In this document: piece by piece, positions 27,058-39,894 of the stretch
Layout: each line of letters opens with the position of its first letter
Position numbering within the stretch: position 1 is the stretch's first letter
From: Octopus vulgaris
Lineage: Eukaryota
Reading direction: 5' to 3'
DNA length: 64,000 nucleotides
Assembly: GCA_951406725.2 (NCBI GenBank)
Contig: OX597821.1
Location: 39,122,001-39,186,000, forward strand
Position numbers and translations under genes: made by a program
The notes under the pieces: model-generated
Databases searched by the model: none
Told to the model about the DNA's origin: nothing
What the model saw: the letters and a program-made list of their open reading frames with translations, nothing else

Positions 27058-27960
27058 AAAGGGCTTAGTAAAATAAATTACTTTGCCGCATACTGAACTC
27101 ATTAGAAATAGCAGCTAAAAAAACTTTTTAAAACTATCTCCAATACTTAAAGAAAATCTCTCTCATATAGTGTTTGCTCAACTCAACTCACGAAAGTATG
27201 AGGGTAGAGACATTAAAAAAATCAAATGCAAAGGTTATTTGAGAACGTACGTTTCAAGATTAGTCAAAATCGACATGAAGAATTTCATAGTTTTGATCCC
27301 ATGCAATAAAAATTTGTATCAAAAAAGTTGTGAGGTAAAATTTCATGAAAAAATATGAGGCAAAAAAATTGGATTTAAGTTTAATCTTTTTTATTTTAAA
27401 AACAAACTATATTTCAATTAAGCTTAAATGATAGAGCTCAATTCAAGGAATTTCATGGTATCAGTCACATGCAATGAAGTTTAATAAAAAAAAAGTTATG
27501 AGTGTTTGTTTCTCAAATTTGAGGGTGATGATATAGTTCTATACTTTTTTATGAATATAATTCTATAAATGGAATTTTAATATATGTCACTGGTGTCATT
27601 GAGGTATGAAAATACTTATCAATGACACCATTAATTGACACATTTGACACATTATTAATTAGCATAATTATCATTGCCTGGGAAAAAAATCATGGATTAC
27701 ATGGAAATATGCGAGCAAGAGAAAGAATGTTCTTAAGATTATAAATCTGGAAAATTACAGCACAAGTTATTACACTTGGAAAAGTTCAGGACAAGTTATT
27801 ACATCTGGTAAAGTACAGAACAAGAAAATTTTTACTTAAAATATTGCAGCTAAGGATAAAATTTGAATATTAAAAAATATTTGATTTTAATTTACAAAGT
27901 AGCATAATTAAAACAACTTATCAAGAATGCCCATTCTTTCCCAGATGATATCATCCATAA

Positions 27961-28190
27961 GGCGGCAAGTGGGCAGAAACGTTAGCACACCAGGTGAAAT
28001 GCTTAGCGGTATTTTGTCTGCTGCTACATTCTAAGTTCAAATTTTGCTAAGGTCGACTTTGCTTTTCATCCTTTCGGGGTCGATTAAATAAGTACCAGTT
28101 GTGCACTGGTGTCGATATAATCGACCTAATCAATTTGTCTGTCCTTGTCTCCCCTCTGTGTGTAGCCCCTTGTGAGCAGTAAAAAAATAA
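27961..28190 (+). mobile_element. tRNA-derived SINE (family B), full length with imperfect TSD
   Basis: ggcggcaagtgggcagaaacgttagc (A-box-like), agttcaaatt (B-box-like), gactttgcttttcatcctttcggggtcgat domain, A-rich tail; flanked by agatgatatca(t/c)cc. Confidence 0.85.
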
Positions 28191-28259
28191 GATGATATCA
28201 CCCTTCATTCTTCCATAACCCTCTGATCCCATGCATCACCTACATGCAATCTAGAGACC

Positions 28260-28920
28260 TTACATCAAACCTGCAATGTTTGGGTTCAAGACAAACATGT
28301 TTCCTTCAACAGCACAAAGACAAAATCACTGCACATATCAAGCAAACATGAAAACATGCAACTTGAACCCTAAAGATCACTACAAATATCAGGTGCTACC
28401 ATCTCTGAAGACCTCCCTTAAGCAAGCACACTTCCTCAAAATAGCAAAAATGTTTCACCACAAAGAATGCTTTTTGCCCACAGAGCCAAGAAATATTTAA
28501 ATCTCTAATAACTATGAAGTGCCTACAGAACTCTGGTGTGATCCAAAACAGAATACAGCTCCCTCGTTAGGGGCAGTGCTGCTACAACGCGTACTCTTAT
28601 CTTTGACCAATTCAATGGAAGAACATCTAACTGACAGGAAGTTACTTAGCAACACACTCCAGCACATACGCCACAAACTCACTGTCTTCTCTCGTGCTCT
28701 CTCTTTATATATCTATATCTACATCTATATCTATATCTATCTATCTATATATATGTATATATATATCTACTACTGTGGTCACTTTTCTGTTGAATTGGAT
28801 GCCATTATATTATGGCCACTGAAACACTCCTGACTTACACATCTCTTCTCCTCTCATCACCAATATTTTGTTCACCAACCAAGCACGTGGATCATTTCAC
28901 TTTCCTGGAAGCCTCCTAAC
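28260..28920 (+). mobile_element. Decayed CR1/L2-group LINE ORF2 C-terminal fragment
   Basis: Frame-hopping translation WVQDKHVSFNSTKTK..SGATISEDL..RAKKYL..KTEYSS..LLSNTLQHIRHK..LY[microsatellite]YYCGHFSVEL follows the usual order of post-RT motifs in CR1/L2/Jockey-type LINEs. Confidence 0.6.
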
Positions 28921-29232
28921 AAATTTGCACTTATTACAAAGTGAAATATTAATAATGTACAGTAACTTCTTGAAATGAACATTACGTAATAAATTTTCAT
29001 TATAGACATTTTTCTGTTTTAAAATACTGTATCTTGATTGGTTTAAGTGAGGTGGCTGAAAACTTATGCCTGGCCATTTTTGGTGGTTGTCTGGCATCTT
29101 CCCTTCTCATTCAGAACCCCTATTACAAAATTTAATGATTAGGTATGGAAATGATTCCAGTTATCAATCCCTCCAGACCACTTCTTATTGACCTCTGTTA
29201 TTCAGTTTTATCATTTATCCACGTCTAATACC

Positions 29233-29450
29233 TATTTCTTTAATACCCACAAGGGGCTAAACATAGAGGGGACAAACAAGGACAGACAAAGGTATTAAGT
29301 CGATTGCATCGACCCCAGTGCATAACTGGTACTTAATTTATCGATCCCAAAAGGATGAAAGGCAAAGTCAACGTCGGCCGAACATAACGCCAGACGAAAT
29401 ACCGCTAAGCATTTCGCCCGGCGTGCTAACATTTCTGCCAGCTCACCGCC
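29233..29450 (-). mobile_element. Family B SINE with TSD
   Basis: Reverse complement of family B with a small internal deletion over the B box; TSD acgtctaatacc at 29221-29232 and 29455-29466. Confidence 0.9.
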
Positions 29451-29744
29451 TTCTACGTCTAATACCATACATGAGAGTTTCGTTTCTCTATTACTGGTGC
29501 CATGACAACTATATTGAATAGACTCTGGAAAGTAGTTTGTGATAGAAAGGGGATCCAGGTATAGAAGTCGGCTGAGTGGATTGGAGCAACGCTAAATTAA
29601 GTGTTTTTGCTCAAGAACACAATGCTCTGCCTGGCCCAGAAATGAAACCCTGATCTTGCTATCATGAATGCCATATCCCAACTTCTAGACCACATGCATT
29701 CACATAATATTTATTATTTGATGTTAAACACTTTTAAATGGTTT

Positions 29745-29995
29745 CGTGCCAGTGGCACGTAAAAAGCACCAACCGATCGTGGCTGTTGACAGCCTCCCCT
29801 GACACCTGTGCCAGTGGCACGTAAAAAGCACCCACTACAATCTCGGAGTGGTTGGCGTTAGGAAGGGCATCCAGCCTTAGAAACACTGCCAGATGAGACT
29901 GGAGCCTGGTGCAGCATTCTGGCTTCTCAGACCCCGGTCGAACCGTCCAACCCATGCTAGCATGGAAAACGGACGTTAAACGATGATGATGATGT
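29745..29995 (+). mobile_element. RTE-clade LINE 3' end (family A)
   Basis: gtggcacgtaaaaagcacccactac..ggcgttaggaagggcatccagc..ggacgttaaacgatgatgatgat. Confidence 0.9.
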
Positions 29996-32900
29996 TCATG
30001 TAAGATTAAATAAGATAAATTTATTTATAAATTCTAGGTTTACTTATATTTCTTTGAGTAATTACTAATATTTGATCTAATTTTAATACCTTCTTTACCC
30101 TTTCCATATTTGATCCCTGTTTCTGCTATTCAAATAAGTCAGTTGATTTGATTAGCTTTTAAAACTTAAAAGTCTGGTTTTGCTATTTTAATTTGTTAAA
30201 AATGCCAGTGCACCAGAAGAATGTTATTGAATCGAAGTATCACAAAGAACGCTACAGAAATAACTCAAAGTGCAAATTTTGCTCATTATTAATATAAGAT
30301 TTCTAAGATATCAGAATATATTTTTAGTATTGATTGATTTCATTAAAATAGTTAAAAATTGGCTGTTTTTCCCATTGAATAGTTTATGTACACATATGCA
30401 TTATATTTTAAACACAATAGGAAAATCATTTGGAACCGTACTAAAGGAATGGTAACTGGTAATTGCTCAGTATGGAATTATTTTCTGTTTCAGGAAAAAG
30501 CATCTAATTTTCTGTTCAAGAATTTTCTTGTGGTTTAGATGTTTGCAGGAGATTTTACTAATTATAATTTGACTTAGTATGTACAAGATAAGGATCTTTT
30601 AGCTGTGAATTATGAGAAATCATCATATTTTCTTCAGTGGGTAAGCTGCAGGTGTTGTTATTGTGTAGCCACAATCTGATAGGTTGGAACAGACTAATTA
30701 TAATGTGTTTATCAGATATGGAAAAATCATTCACACAAACAACATCCACAAGCATAAAAATCTGGTGTTTGGCTGCAACTGACCTGAAAATAATTTTTCA
30801 ATGTGATTTGAATGCTTTATTGTATAGAATAACCAATGACATAGATAATCTGCTGTGCCGAACAGTGGCTTCTTTGGGTGTTAGATTCCATCTTTTAACC
30901 ATTTTCAAGTCTTAAAGACATTTATAAATTGGCAGAGTTATGATAAATTCTTTGGACACCTAAATTCTTTCACAATAATTTGCATATTGATTACTAGTAT
31001 ATAAAGTCTGAAATAACTAATTAATTTGCAATGAATGCTTTCTCCTTCTTAGAAAATTATTTCAAAAGTAATATTCTTCCGGTGTCTACCAAATTCCTCT
31101 TTTGGATTGGTTGGATTTGAGTTGCTAACTCTCTTGCCCAATAATTCCAGTTTGTATAAATTTTATTTGAGAAGGTTTACTGCTTCATTACTTTGCTGCA
31201 TTCCCTTCTTTAATAATCCATGAAATTCTTTATGGCTGAGTGGATTCTAATATTTCATATTTGCTGAGGTTTACTTTACCTCATCATAAGCACATGAAAG
31301 GAACCAAAATTAACTTAAATAGTATATTTTTCCAAATCTAGTTCATATCCTACTGAAAACTTTGTTGAATTCTTCACCTTAAAATTCCTTTCCTGCCTTT
31401 CTCTATGTTCTATCTTCCTGCAACAATTTAGATAAGAGAATCATAAGCCAAACCTGTCTTTCTTAGACTACCAAAATGATTATAAAACAGCTCAGTATAT
31501 AGCAATATATTTAATCTTATGATATTATTATGCCCAAAATATATTCATGTTACATGACTTGCTACAAGTTTTAACAGTATTACTGTGATTTCTACGAAAT
31601 ATAAGTTTTAAGTACGTGTTCAAATCCAACTGAGCTCATCTTTGCCTTTTTCCTTCTGGTGTTGATAAAATAAAGAATCATTCAAGTAATCATTGAAGTG
31701 ATTTAGTTGACTTTTCCTTCCTTCAAAATTTGGGCTATTGGGCAGATGTTAAAAATCAATATTTTATTAATACTAAATATCATTTCACATATTGATCTCC
31801 CCAGTCTACTAATAGATAGAAATACAGGACAGATTTCAGTGTCAAGTACTATCTATATAATATCTATATTTAAAAAGAAATCATTTCAGGCGTACATGTT
31901 GTTCTTATTGATCACCTCTGGACAGCTCAAATCAAAGATATTCTATACCTTACCAGTCCATATTCTTTATAGAAAATCTTTCCTCAACAAAATCCAATAT
32001 ATTCTTCCATTTTTCTATATAAAAACTGTTATTTTAGAAAGATTTGGTTGTTGTTTTTAGCAGATTTAGCAACCATTCATTCAGATCCCTTTCTTGCTTT
32101 GTGCCATATATTGGTACTGTGAATGGTAGGAATATGGTAAGGTTTCAGGCAGAGAACTTCAGGAGATGATAATTCCATTTCACAAATACTTCCAAATATG
32201 ATTTTTATTAAAGAGAATCCTGCCAACATTGGCTAGCACCAGTCTTTTAGCAATCTCGTTATCTAAAATACTTTCGAAATATTAAAAATAATAATAAACC
32301 TATAAAAAGCAGCAACAAAAAAGCTAATGTTATTTTTTATCAGGTGATAAATCGTCCTCCAAGATCAGTATGCTACTCATTCCATTTAGCAGATATCTAA
32401 AGAGATAAAACATTAAGAGTATTGAATTGGCCTTGAAATTAACTAATATTCCGAAAATAGAGTTTATGTTATCATCTTACAAGGAATATTGTTTTCTTGA
32501 GTAGCAGAAATTATTGTCATCTAATGCCAATCATATTTGTTGATAGATTTTTCTTTTTTTATTTCTAAAATTATTGAAGCTTTCTCTAATAACCAAGAAA
32601 ATAAAATCCAGTCATTTATGAATAAAAATGATAAATAGTGCATTTTATGAACTGAATTAACAAAAATAATTTATTGTGGTAGGGGAATTTACTGTCAAAA
32701 TTTGTTCAAAGCCATATTGATTTGATTGCAGATAAGATCAAAATCCTTACAAAGGATGAACAATTGATAATAATGTAATCTTTTTACTTTTTTTTTTTTG
32801 CCTCTTACTAACTTTGCCAATTTTCAGTTTCTATTTTTCCTCCTTTTCTCTTTTATTTCATTCTTTATCTCTTCTCTCTTTTCCTCTTTCTCTTTCTTAC

Positions 32901-34229
32901 ACTTTTTCCCCATAAAATTTCTTTCTATATAATTTTTTTCTCTTTTCTACACACACATCTAACACATTTGTTGTTACATAGCCAATGCATGTATAATTTT
33001 CCAAATGTGTGTATATATAAATACACACACACACATGACTAACACACACACGCACGACTCCCAACATATTCATACCTACATACCCACACAAATGTGTGTG
33101 CATGTGTATATATATATATATATATATATACAGACACACACACACACACACACATGACTACATTAACAAGTGCATAAATGTATGTATATAACTACCAACA
33201 TATTTATATCTACATATACCCCCAGGTGAACCTACACATATACTACAAACAGAAAGACCACATTACTAGGATTTGCATAACTGATACCAGAATCCATTAT
33301 TGTTTTTATATTTGTTCCTATTATTCATCTATTTATTTGAATATTAAACTATTTAACATGAAGTATTAATGCTCTTTCTTTGATATGAATGCTATTACGA
33401 TATTTATCAATGTCTTAGATGATCATACTTTGGTGTTTCCTCTGTCAGGGAATATTATCAATGGCAAAATGATGTTGCTTATCTCCAACAATATCAAATT
33501 AAGGAAAACTGAATATAATTTAGGTTTTTACAAATCTCTCATTAATTGAACTAAAGGATATTGACCAAACTAAAATGGTTAAGAAATGTTGCAGCACTGC
33601 TGCCCATGAAGTTCTCTGGCATGATTATCAATTATCCTCTCTTGCACAGAATTGTTACCAGCAAATCAAGCTAACTATTGTTACAGCTACTCCACAAATT
33701 GCTGCTTTGACAGTTCTATCATTTTACTGGGAAGCTATCTGGACCAGTTTTATTTATGGCATAAATGCTAGATCACACAAAATGGTGACACCCAACTTTC
33801 TATGGGTTACAAGGACTGTACTGAAGACAAGAGAGGATTTCTTGAGTCTCTTGCATGTGTTTGGTATAAATTCTTATCTTCTTCGAGAAAACACTGAAGA
33901 TAACATTACAAAATGCTAATCCTAATCTGAATATATCATGCAGGAAGTTTTTTCTTGTGGAGAGAATAAATGAGAAATTACCAAGAATAAGCTGAGTATT
34001 CAATTAAAAACAATATGAAAACAGAATGGTTTACATGGAAATCAGATAATGATACATTGTGATAGCACCAGCTGACTGAGCCAGGGGTTATAATGGGATT
34101 ACAGTTCTATCCTTAGCACGGTTAGTGTTTACTAGCTTTGTTTTTCTAGCTGTAAATAAGTAACATAATGTGTAATGCTTATATAATTTGTTAATTTACT
34201 AGAAAATATATGAATATCTATATTGGTAT

Positions 34230-34395
34230 AGTGGCTGTCTTTACATTTTGGGTTCAGATTCCACTGAGGTCGACTTCATCCTTTCGTCCTTTTGGGTTCA
34301 ATAAAATAAGAACCAAATGAGCACTGGGGTTGATGTAATTGACTCATCCTCCTCCCCTCAAACGTGCTGGCCTTGTGGCAAAATTTGAAACCAAT
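34230..34395 (+). mobile_element. Degenerate family B SINE
   Basis: gggttcagattccactgaggtcgacttcatcctttcgtcctttt..gcactggggttgatgtaattgac. Confidence 0.65.
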
Positions 34396-34707
34396 ATTAG
34401 TATTAATGAACATTTCAGTTCAACTACATTGCTAATGCTGTGGGAAATTGTAGAAATATTCTTTCAAATCTTAGACTTCATCCCACAAACAATGAGCTTG
34501 AATAATTAAAATTTCAAAGCAAAAACGTTTGCTCTTTTGTTTTCTGCTGACAAGTATGGAGAGCAAACTTTCCTTATATAATTAGAGCATTTTTTAACAA
34601 GCACAACAAAGAAAATTTCATTTGGTAATACTTGAATAAGTTGCTTCTTAAATAAAGAAATGTATGTCTTTACACTTTGAAAGTCATAGATGATGATAAT
34701 AATAATG

Positions 34708-34741
<34 letters not shown>

Positions 34742-34747
34742 TGATAA

Positions 34748-35390
34748 CTAAAGTGCAGAATTTGTGGCCAAAATGGTGAATCTGTATAGCATATTACCAG
34801 TCAATGTACGCCACTAGCCCAGTAAGAATATAAGAGACGTCACGACAGCATAGCAAGGATTGTCCATTGGACACTTTGCAACAAGTATGGACTTGACAGA
34901 GCAAAAAGTGGTTTGAACATAAACCCAAAGGCATCATCGAAAATGATAATGCAAAGATCCTATGGGATTTTATGATTCAGTGTGACCATGAGATAGAGAT
35001 TAGGAAACCAGACATAGTGTTAATTGAGAAAGAAAGCAAACGATACTGGATCATAGGTATAGCATTCCCAGCTGACAGCAACGTATACGATAAGGAAGAA
35101 AGAAAAGTCGATAGCTTGGGAGGTTAAGAAGTTGTGGTTGCTGAAAAATGTGGTAGTAGTGCCAATAATTGCTTGAGCCCTGGGAACAGCGAGTAAAAAT
35201 CTTGAGATGTAAATGGAACAAATATGAACTGCAAATAAAGGTGGAGCACTTGCAGAAAACAGCACTGCTTGGAACCGCTCGAATACTCTGGAAAGTGCTC
35301 GAAAAATAAGAGGTGTTACCTTAGTTCACTGGTAGTGAACTGCTGACACTGGATTGCCCCTCCAGCATTAGAAGCTGTGCAAAGGCAATA
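34748..35390 (+). mobile_element. 5'-truncated R4/Dong-type RLE non-LTR retrotransposon in (TAA)n
   Basis: Translates KCRICGQNGESV*HITSQC (CCHC knuckle), YKRRHD, KILWDFMIQCDHEIEIRKPDIVLIEK (PD-type restriction-like endonuclease); (TAA)n on both sides. Confidence 0.9.
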
Positions 35391-35415
35391 AAATAATAAT
35401 AATAACAATAATTAT

Positions 35416-35603
35416 AGGAATACCAACTAAAGAGAAAATCCCAAACAATCAACCACCTCCTCTTCATGGATAACTTGAAACTGTATGGCAAAGATGAGAC
35501 ACAAGTGTCACCTTAGTCTGCTGGCTGAGGACAGCTGACACTTTCCATCATACACAGCAAAATAAGCTCAGAGTTTTCATCAAATAATAATAATAATAAT
35601 AAT
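35416..35603 (+). mobile_element. Second R4/Dong-type fragment: RT motif joined directly to the 3' UTR
   Basis: EYQLKRKSQTINHLLFMDNLKLYGKDETQV (cf. HLLFMDDLKLY), then gtgtcaccttagt..gctgacact related to the upstream copy's 3' UTR, then (TAA)n. Confidence 0.75.
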
Positions 35604-35978
35604 GGTTTCAAACTTTGGTACAAGGCCAGCTATTTTAGTGAGTACATATGTGTGTGTGTGTATGTGTGTGTAGTTGTTGATTACATTGACTTCAATGCCT
35701 GACTGGTATTTATTTTATTGTTTCCAAATGATAGAACAGCAAAGTTATCTTTTTTCAGTTCAGAATGTAAAAAGTTGAAACTCAAACTGAGAAAGTAAAG
35801 AACTGGAAGAAATGCTGCCAGGCAAATTGTCTGATGCAAAAAGGATTTTGAGAGAGAGAGAGCAGTAGGTGAGTGTGGATGGTGGGGATCGAGTATGGAC
35901 AGATCTACAGTTTTATGTTGTTTAACTGAAGGCATGGCTCAGTAAAGTGGAGTGGTGTGATGAATAAACAAGAAGTAG

Positions 35979-36024
<46 letters not shown>

Positions 36025-36104
36025 GAAAGAGTTGGGCTCCACATGTACATATATGTACCAAATATAAACTACATAATATATGCATGTATATGCAACTATG
36101 CACA

Positions 36105-36350
36105 CACGTCCTCCCCACCTCGACCTTGCCCTATGGTGCAACACCAACACGGTCATTACATGGTTTAAAATCCAAAGCAGTAGGGTTTACCCAATTTGAT
36201 GTAGTGAATTTCTACCCATTAAGAGGTAGAAATTCACTACATCAAAAGGTACTAGACTTCACTAGGACCTACACTGAAGTCAGTGATGAGGACATATGCA
36301 TCATATGCATGTGAGAAGAACCTTACTCTTTAGTAAGGGTCTGCTTGGGC
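36105..36350 (+). mobile_element. Penelope-like element reverse transcriptase remnant
   Basis: LWCNTNTVITWFK..FTQFDVVNFYP..KVLDFTRTYTEVSDEDICII..RRTLLF resembles the W.NT..VI.WF / FIQFDIVDFYPSI / ARK.LLF motifs of Penelope-type RTs. Confidence 0.7.
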
Positions 36351-36616
36351 CATACGGTAACTCTTAGTGGCTTTACAGTGAATCCTAACCTAATCTGCCC
36401 TTTTTCTTTTTCACAGCAACTGCAATTCACCTCTGGCAACTGAGAGCAATTGCCACATTCCCTTCTATATTGACTAACTCTGATGAGTATAAGGTTATAT
36501 AATCAGATTGTAATGTAACTCTCCATTGTATTCCTAGCGTGAAACCAATTGGTAAGGTCAGTTGTGATGGATACATAATACTGTACATTTTTGATTATAT
36601 ATATAAATGTATATAC

Positions 36617-36659
<43 letters not shown>

Positions 36660-36881
36660 TGCATACATACACACACATACACACACGCACACACATGTAT
36701 GTAAAAGAGGTGAGAACTGAAATCCTTAAAACATCCAAGTCTGCTGGTACAGTCCAAGCAAAGTATATAAAAAAGTATATATTCAGTATTAGGAAAAACA
36801 ATAAATGAAGTATAAAGAGAGGAAGAAATGTAGGTGTTGACGATCTTTAATTCATAATCCAGGTTGGCACAAATCCAATAT

Positions 36882-36975
36882 ATGCTCTACAAATTGTTTT
36901 GGAGTCTAATTAATTCCAAAGACAAAAATGGAAAATTCTTCTTGAAATAAAAATTAGATTACTCGTCAGGAATTA
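36882..36975 (-). ncRNA. Decayed hammerhead motif with long stem II in a Penelope-like repeat (~36700-37130)
   Basis: Minus strand: uuc-CUGACGA-GUAAUCUAAUU-(~40 nt)-AAUUAGACUCC-aAAAC-AAUUU-GUA-gag; the G of GAAA was lost at a CpG. Confidence 0.55.
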
Positions 36976-37644
36976 CATACGTGTATGAATAATTTACAAC
37001 CAAGAAAAATATAAAAAGACCTGAAAAATCACTAGAATGCCAAACCGTTCAAAATCAGAAAATATATATAAAAGAAAATATATATATATATGTATATAAC
37101 TACAATTTTTAACCACAATTAAACTATGACCTTTTAATACCAATAATCAACTTCTAATTGCTAATTGTTGCTCCATTTCTTTTCTTATCTGTATATGCGT
37201 GTGTGTGTGTAATATATATATATATATATGTACATATACATGCATAGGTTCACGACCCAATGCAAGTTACGGATTGAACATAGGGTTGGTTCTTGGTATG
37301 GAGTTTGTATAAAATAAGAGCACAAATGGATTCTAAAATCCATTTGTGTTCTTATTTTATATATACACGTACATCCTTGCCTTCACCATTACACAAATTC
37401 TGCCCATGCTTGCATTGAAAGTTGTGTGGTCTCAAATCTGATGTGCTAGGAATGGTTGTAGTCTTTTGTCTTCTCCTTTATGCAATAAGAGACTAACCCC
37501 TGGTATGTTGGTAACAGTTTCCCTTGTCAAGGAAAACAGGGTGACCAAGATCACATCCTAGTCACATTGCCACTGTTTGTCATGGTAGTCACAACAGATT
37601 CACTGCCCTTAAACTCAGTTCTCTTTTTATTCCTTTACTTTCAA

Positions 37645-38290
37645 GGAGCAACATATTTTGCTAATATAAAATAATGAAATTATTATATACAGTGCTCAGG
37701 TGCATCACAACTTGTCAAAAGTGCGTATAAAGCATATGCAGTAATGTACAAATGTCTGGGAAGTGAACCGTGTGTGAGTCAGATACTTGCTTGCGTGTGT
37801 ATGGAGGGGAGAAAATCAGGTATAGTGTTGGCGAATCTCAGGAAGCATGGAAGTTTTGAAGGATGCAGTGCTTCGACAACTAACAACTGATGCCAGCAGT
37901 TTGTTCCATGCTTCAGCAACCCTTAGCATGAAAAAATGTTTCCGAAAGTCATGGGAGCTGTGCTGTTTTCTGAGTTTGTAAACATGTCCACAGGTGTTAG
38001 ACAGATGGAGTTTGAAAAGGTGCTCAGAGTTATTGTTTGTAAGATGGTTAATAATCTTATGGGTGTCTGCCAAGTTAGCTGCCAGAAGTCGGAGTTTCAG
38101 TGTATCTATGCCCAGAGAAGTAAGGCGTTCAGAATATGGCAAATGCCTGATGGAGGGTATTCTCTTGGTTGCATGTTGCTGAACGGCTTCCAGACGATTA
38201 ATATCCTGGGCAAGATAGGGGTTCCAGACCGGTGATGCAAATTCAAGGTGGGTCGCAGCATAGCTATATAAAGACTCAAATAGATAGCCG
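37645..38290 (-). mobile_element. CR1-clade LINE 3' end (ORF2 C-terminus plus 3' UTR)
   Basis: HLEFASPVWNPYLAQDINRLEAVQ..ATK, and ORF 37816..38142 PYSERLTSLGIDTLKLR..RKHFF.LRVAEAWNKL..VVS..FK. Confidence 0.9.
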
Positions 38291-39205
38291 GATAATCTCT
38301 AATTGCAGATTTACATATTTAAGATTTAGGCCTTCGTTTTCCCAGCTACATTTTGTTTTGAAATGCAATGTTAAGCAATGTGAAGTCAGTAAATAAAACT
38401 AAAAAAAAAAATTAATATTATTTACATTGTTAATTTCATTATGCTTTGTGTATTGTACTGTCTGCTTTGGTGGTATTTACTGGTGTTGCAATGTTGACCA
38501 CCTGGCATTTTGTTTACAAACCTAATCTATGTAATTAACTCATTGATTTCCTTTCATTGATAACAGTTTAAAGCAGCTTATATCCACTGTTGCTATGGTA
38601 ATTTATCTTTAGGTTTTCTTTTCATTTTACTACTTTATTTCATGATACAACTTTAGTTTTCAGTATGTCTTTGTTTCGTTAATGTTTTTATTTTAGATAA
38701 TAGTTTCTAGTCCCCTTTCACTAATGGTCTCATGCTTAATAAAGCAATAAATGTTTCTGTTTTATTCTCCTGTAACAATGGTTATAACTTCCCATATGTT
38801 TCAATGGTATCCTCCTCCTCACCTCACCTAATACAAATAACAAATTTTGCTATCTTTTCTATTTCTATAACCTTGACTTTATTGTTAAACAGTTTTGCAG
38901 AATCTATGGTCTTACGTAAGTTGCTAAAGTTGGTACTGAGAAATTAAATAATGACTGACTGGTTTAACAGTTGCTGAGCTAGCTGTGTCGATGTCACTTT
39001 TGCCTTTATTTCAAACAGTAATCCATCAGGTCAAGCCACATGTGAAGTTATGTGATGCTGCTGTGTGTTGCTGCATTTACCGTTTGTTGGTTTATTCCTG
39101 GGTTCTCCCAGCTGAGCAGAGTCCCAGTCAGTCCCCATCCTTGCAAGACTCCCCCTCATCTACCATGACCATGGGGCATGTGGTTGACTAACATGAGCCA
39201 TCAAC

Positions 39206-39405
39206 GGTGGCGAGGTGGCAGAAACGTTAGCATGCTGGGCGAAATGCTTAGCAGTATTTCGTTAGCCGTTACGTTTTGTGTTCAAATTCCACCGAGGTTG
39301 ACTTTGCCTTTCATCCTTTTGGGATCGATAAATTAAGTACCAATTAATCCCTTTGTCTGTCCTTGTTTGTCACTATGTTTGGTGCCTTGTGGGCTATAAA
39401 AAAAT
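39206..39405 (+). mobile_element. Family B SINE with ~17-bp TSD
   Basis: Flanked by taacatgagccatcaac and taacatgagccctcaac. Confidence 0.9.
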
Positions 39406-39675
39406 AACATGAGCCCTCAACCCTGCCAGATCCTCAGTGAAGAGGACACAGTAAACAGATAATTGAGCAACATGGCCAAACAGTCTAAGTGGGCATTCCC
39501 AAATTGTTAGACTTATCCTTGAATATATACAATCTCTATTTGATCTTTTCCTTTGTATTTACAAGCTACATTCACACACTGCATGTTTGGTATCATAATT
39601 TTACTGTGCTACATATACACAACTTTACATTGCTAGCTTTTAACAATCGCTTTATTCCTTTAGTAACAGGTTTAA

Positions 39676-39894
39676 CCCTTTAGTGTTTAAACCAGCCATA
39701 TCCGGCCCAAATATTCTATGTTTTATATTCAAACTGGCGATATCTGGCTTCTCACACCTAATCTACATTGACATTCTAAAAATATACAATCACATCATTG
39801 AAACCTCAAAAGCTATAAGATAATGCAGGATTAACTAAAAACAATTTGAGTAAAAAAATATTACATTTAACAGAGTAATCTGAACACTAAAGGG
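39676..39894. mobile_element. piggyBac-type MITE
   Basis: TTAA TSD at 39672-39675 and 39895-39898; 12-bp TIRs ccctttagtgtt / aacactaaaggg; no ORF. Confidence 0.85.

Noticed and set aside
27961-28050. tRNA genes at SINE heads
   Set aside because: A/B-box-like motifs only, no cloverleaf, and continuous with the SINE body.
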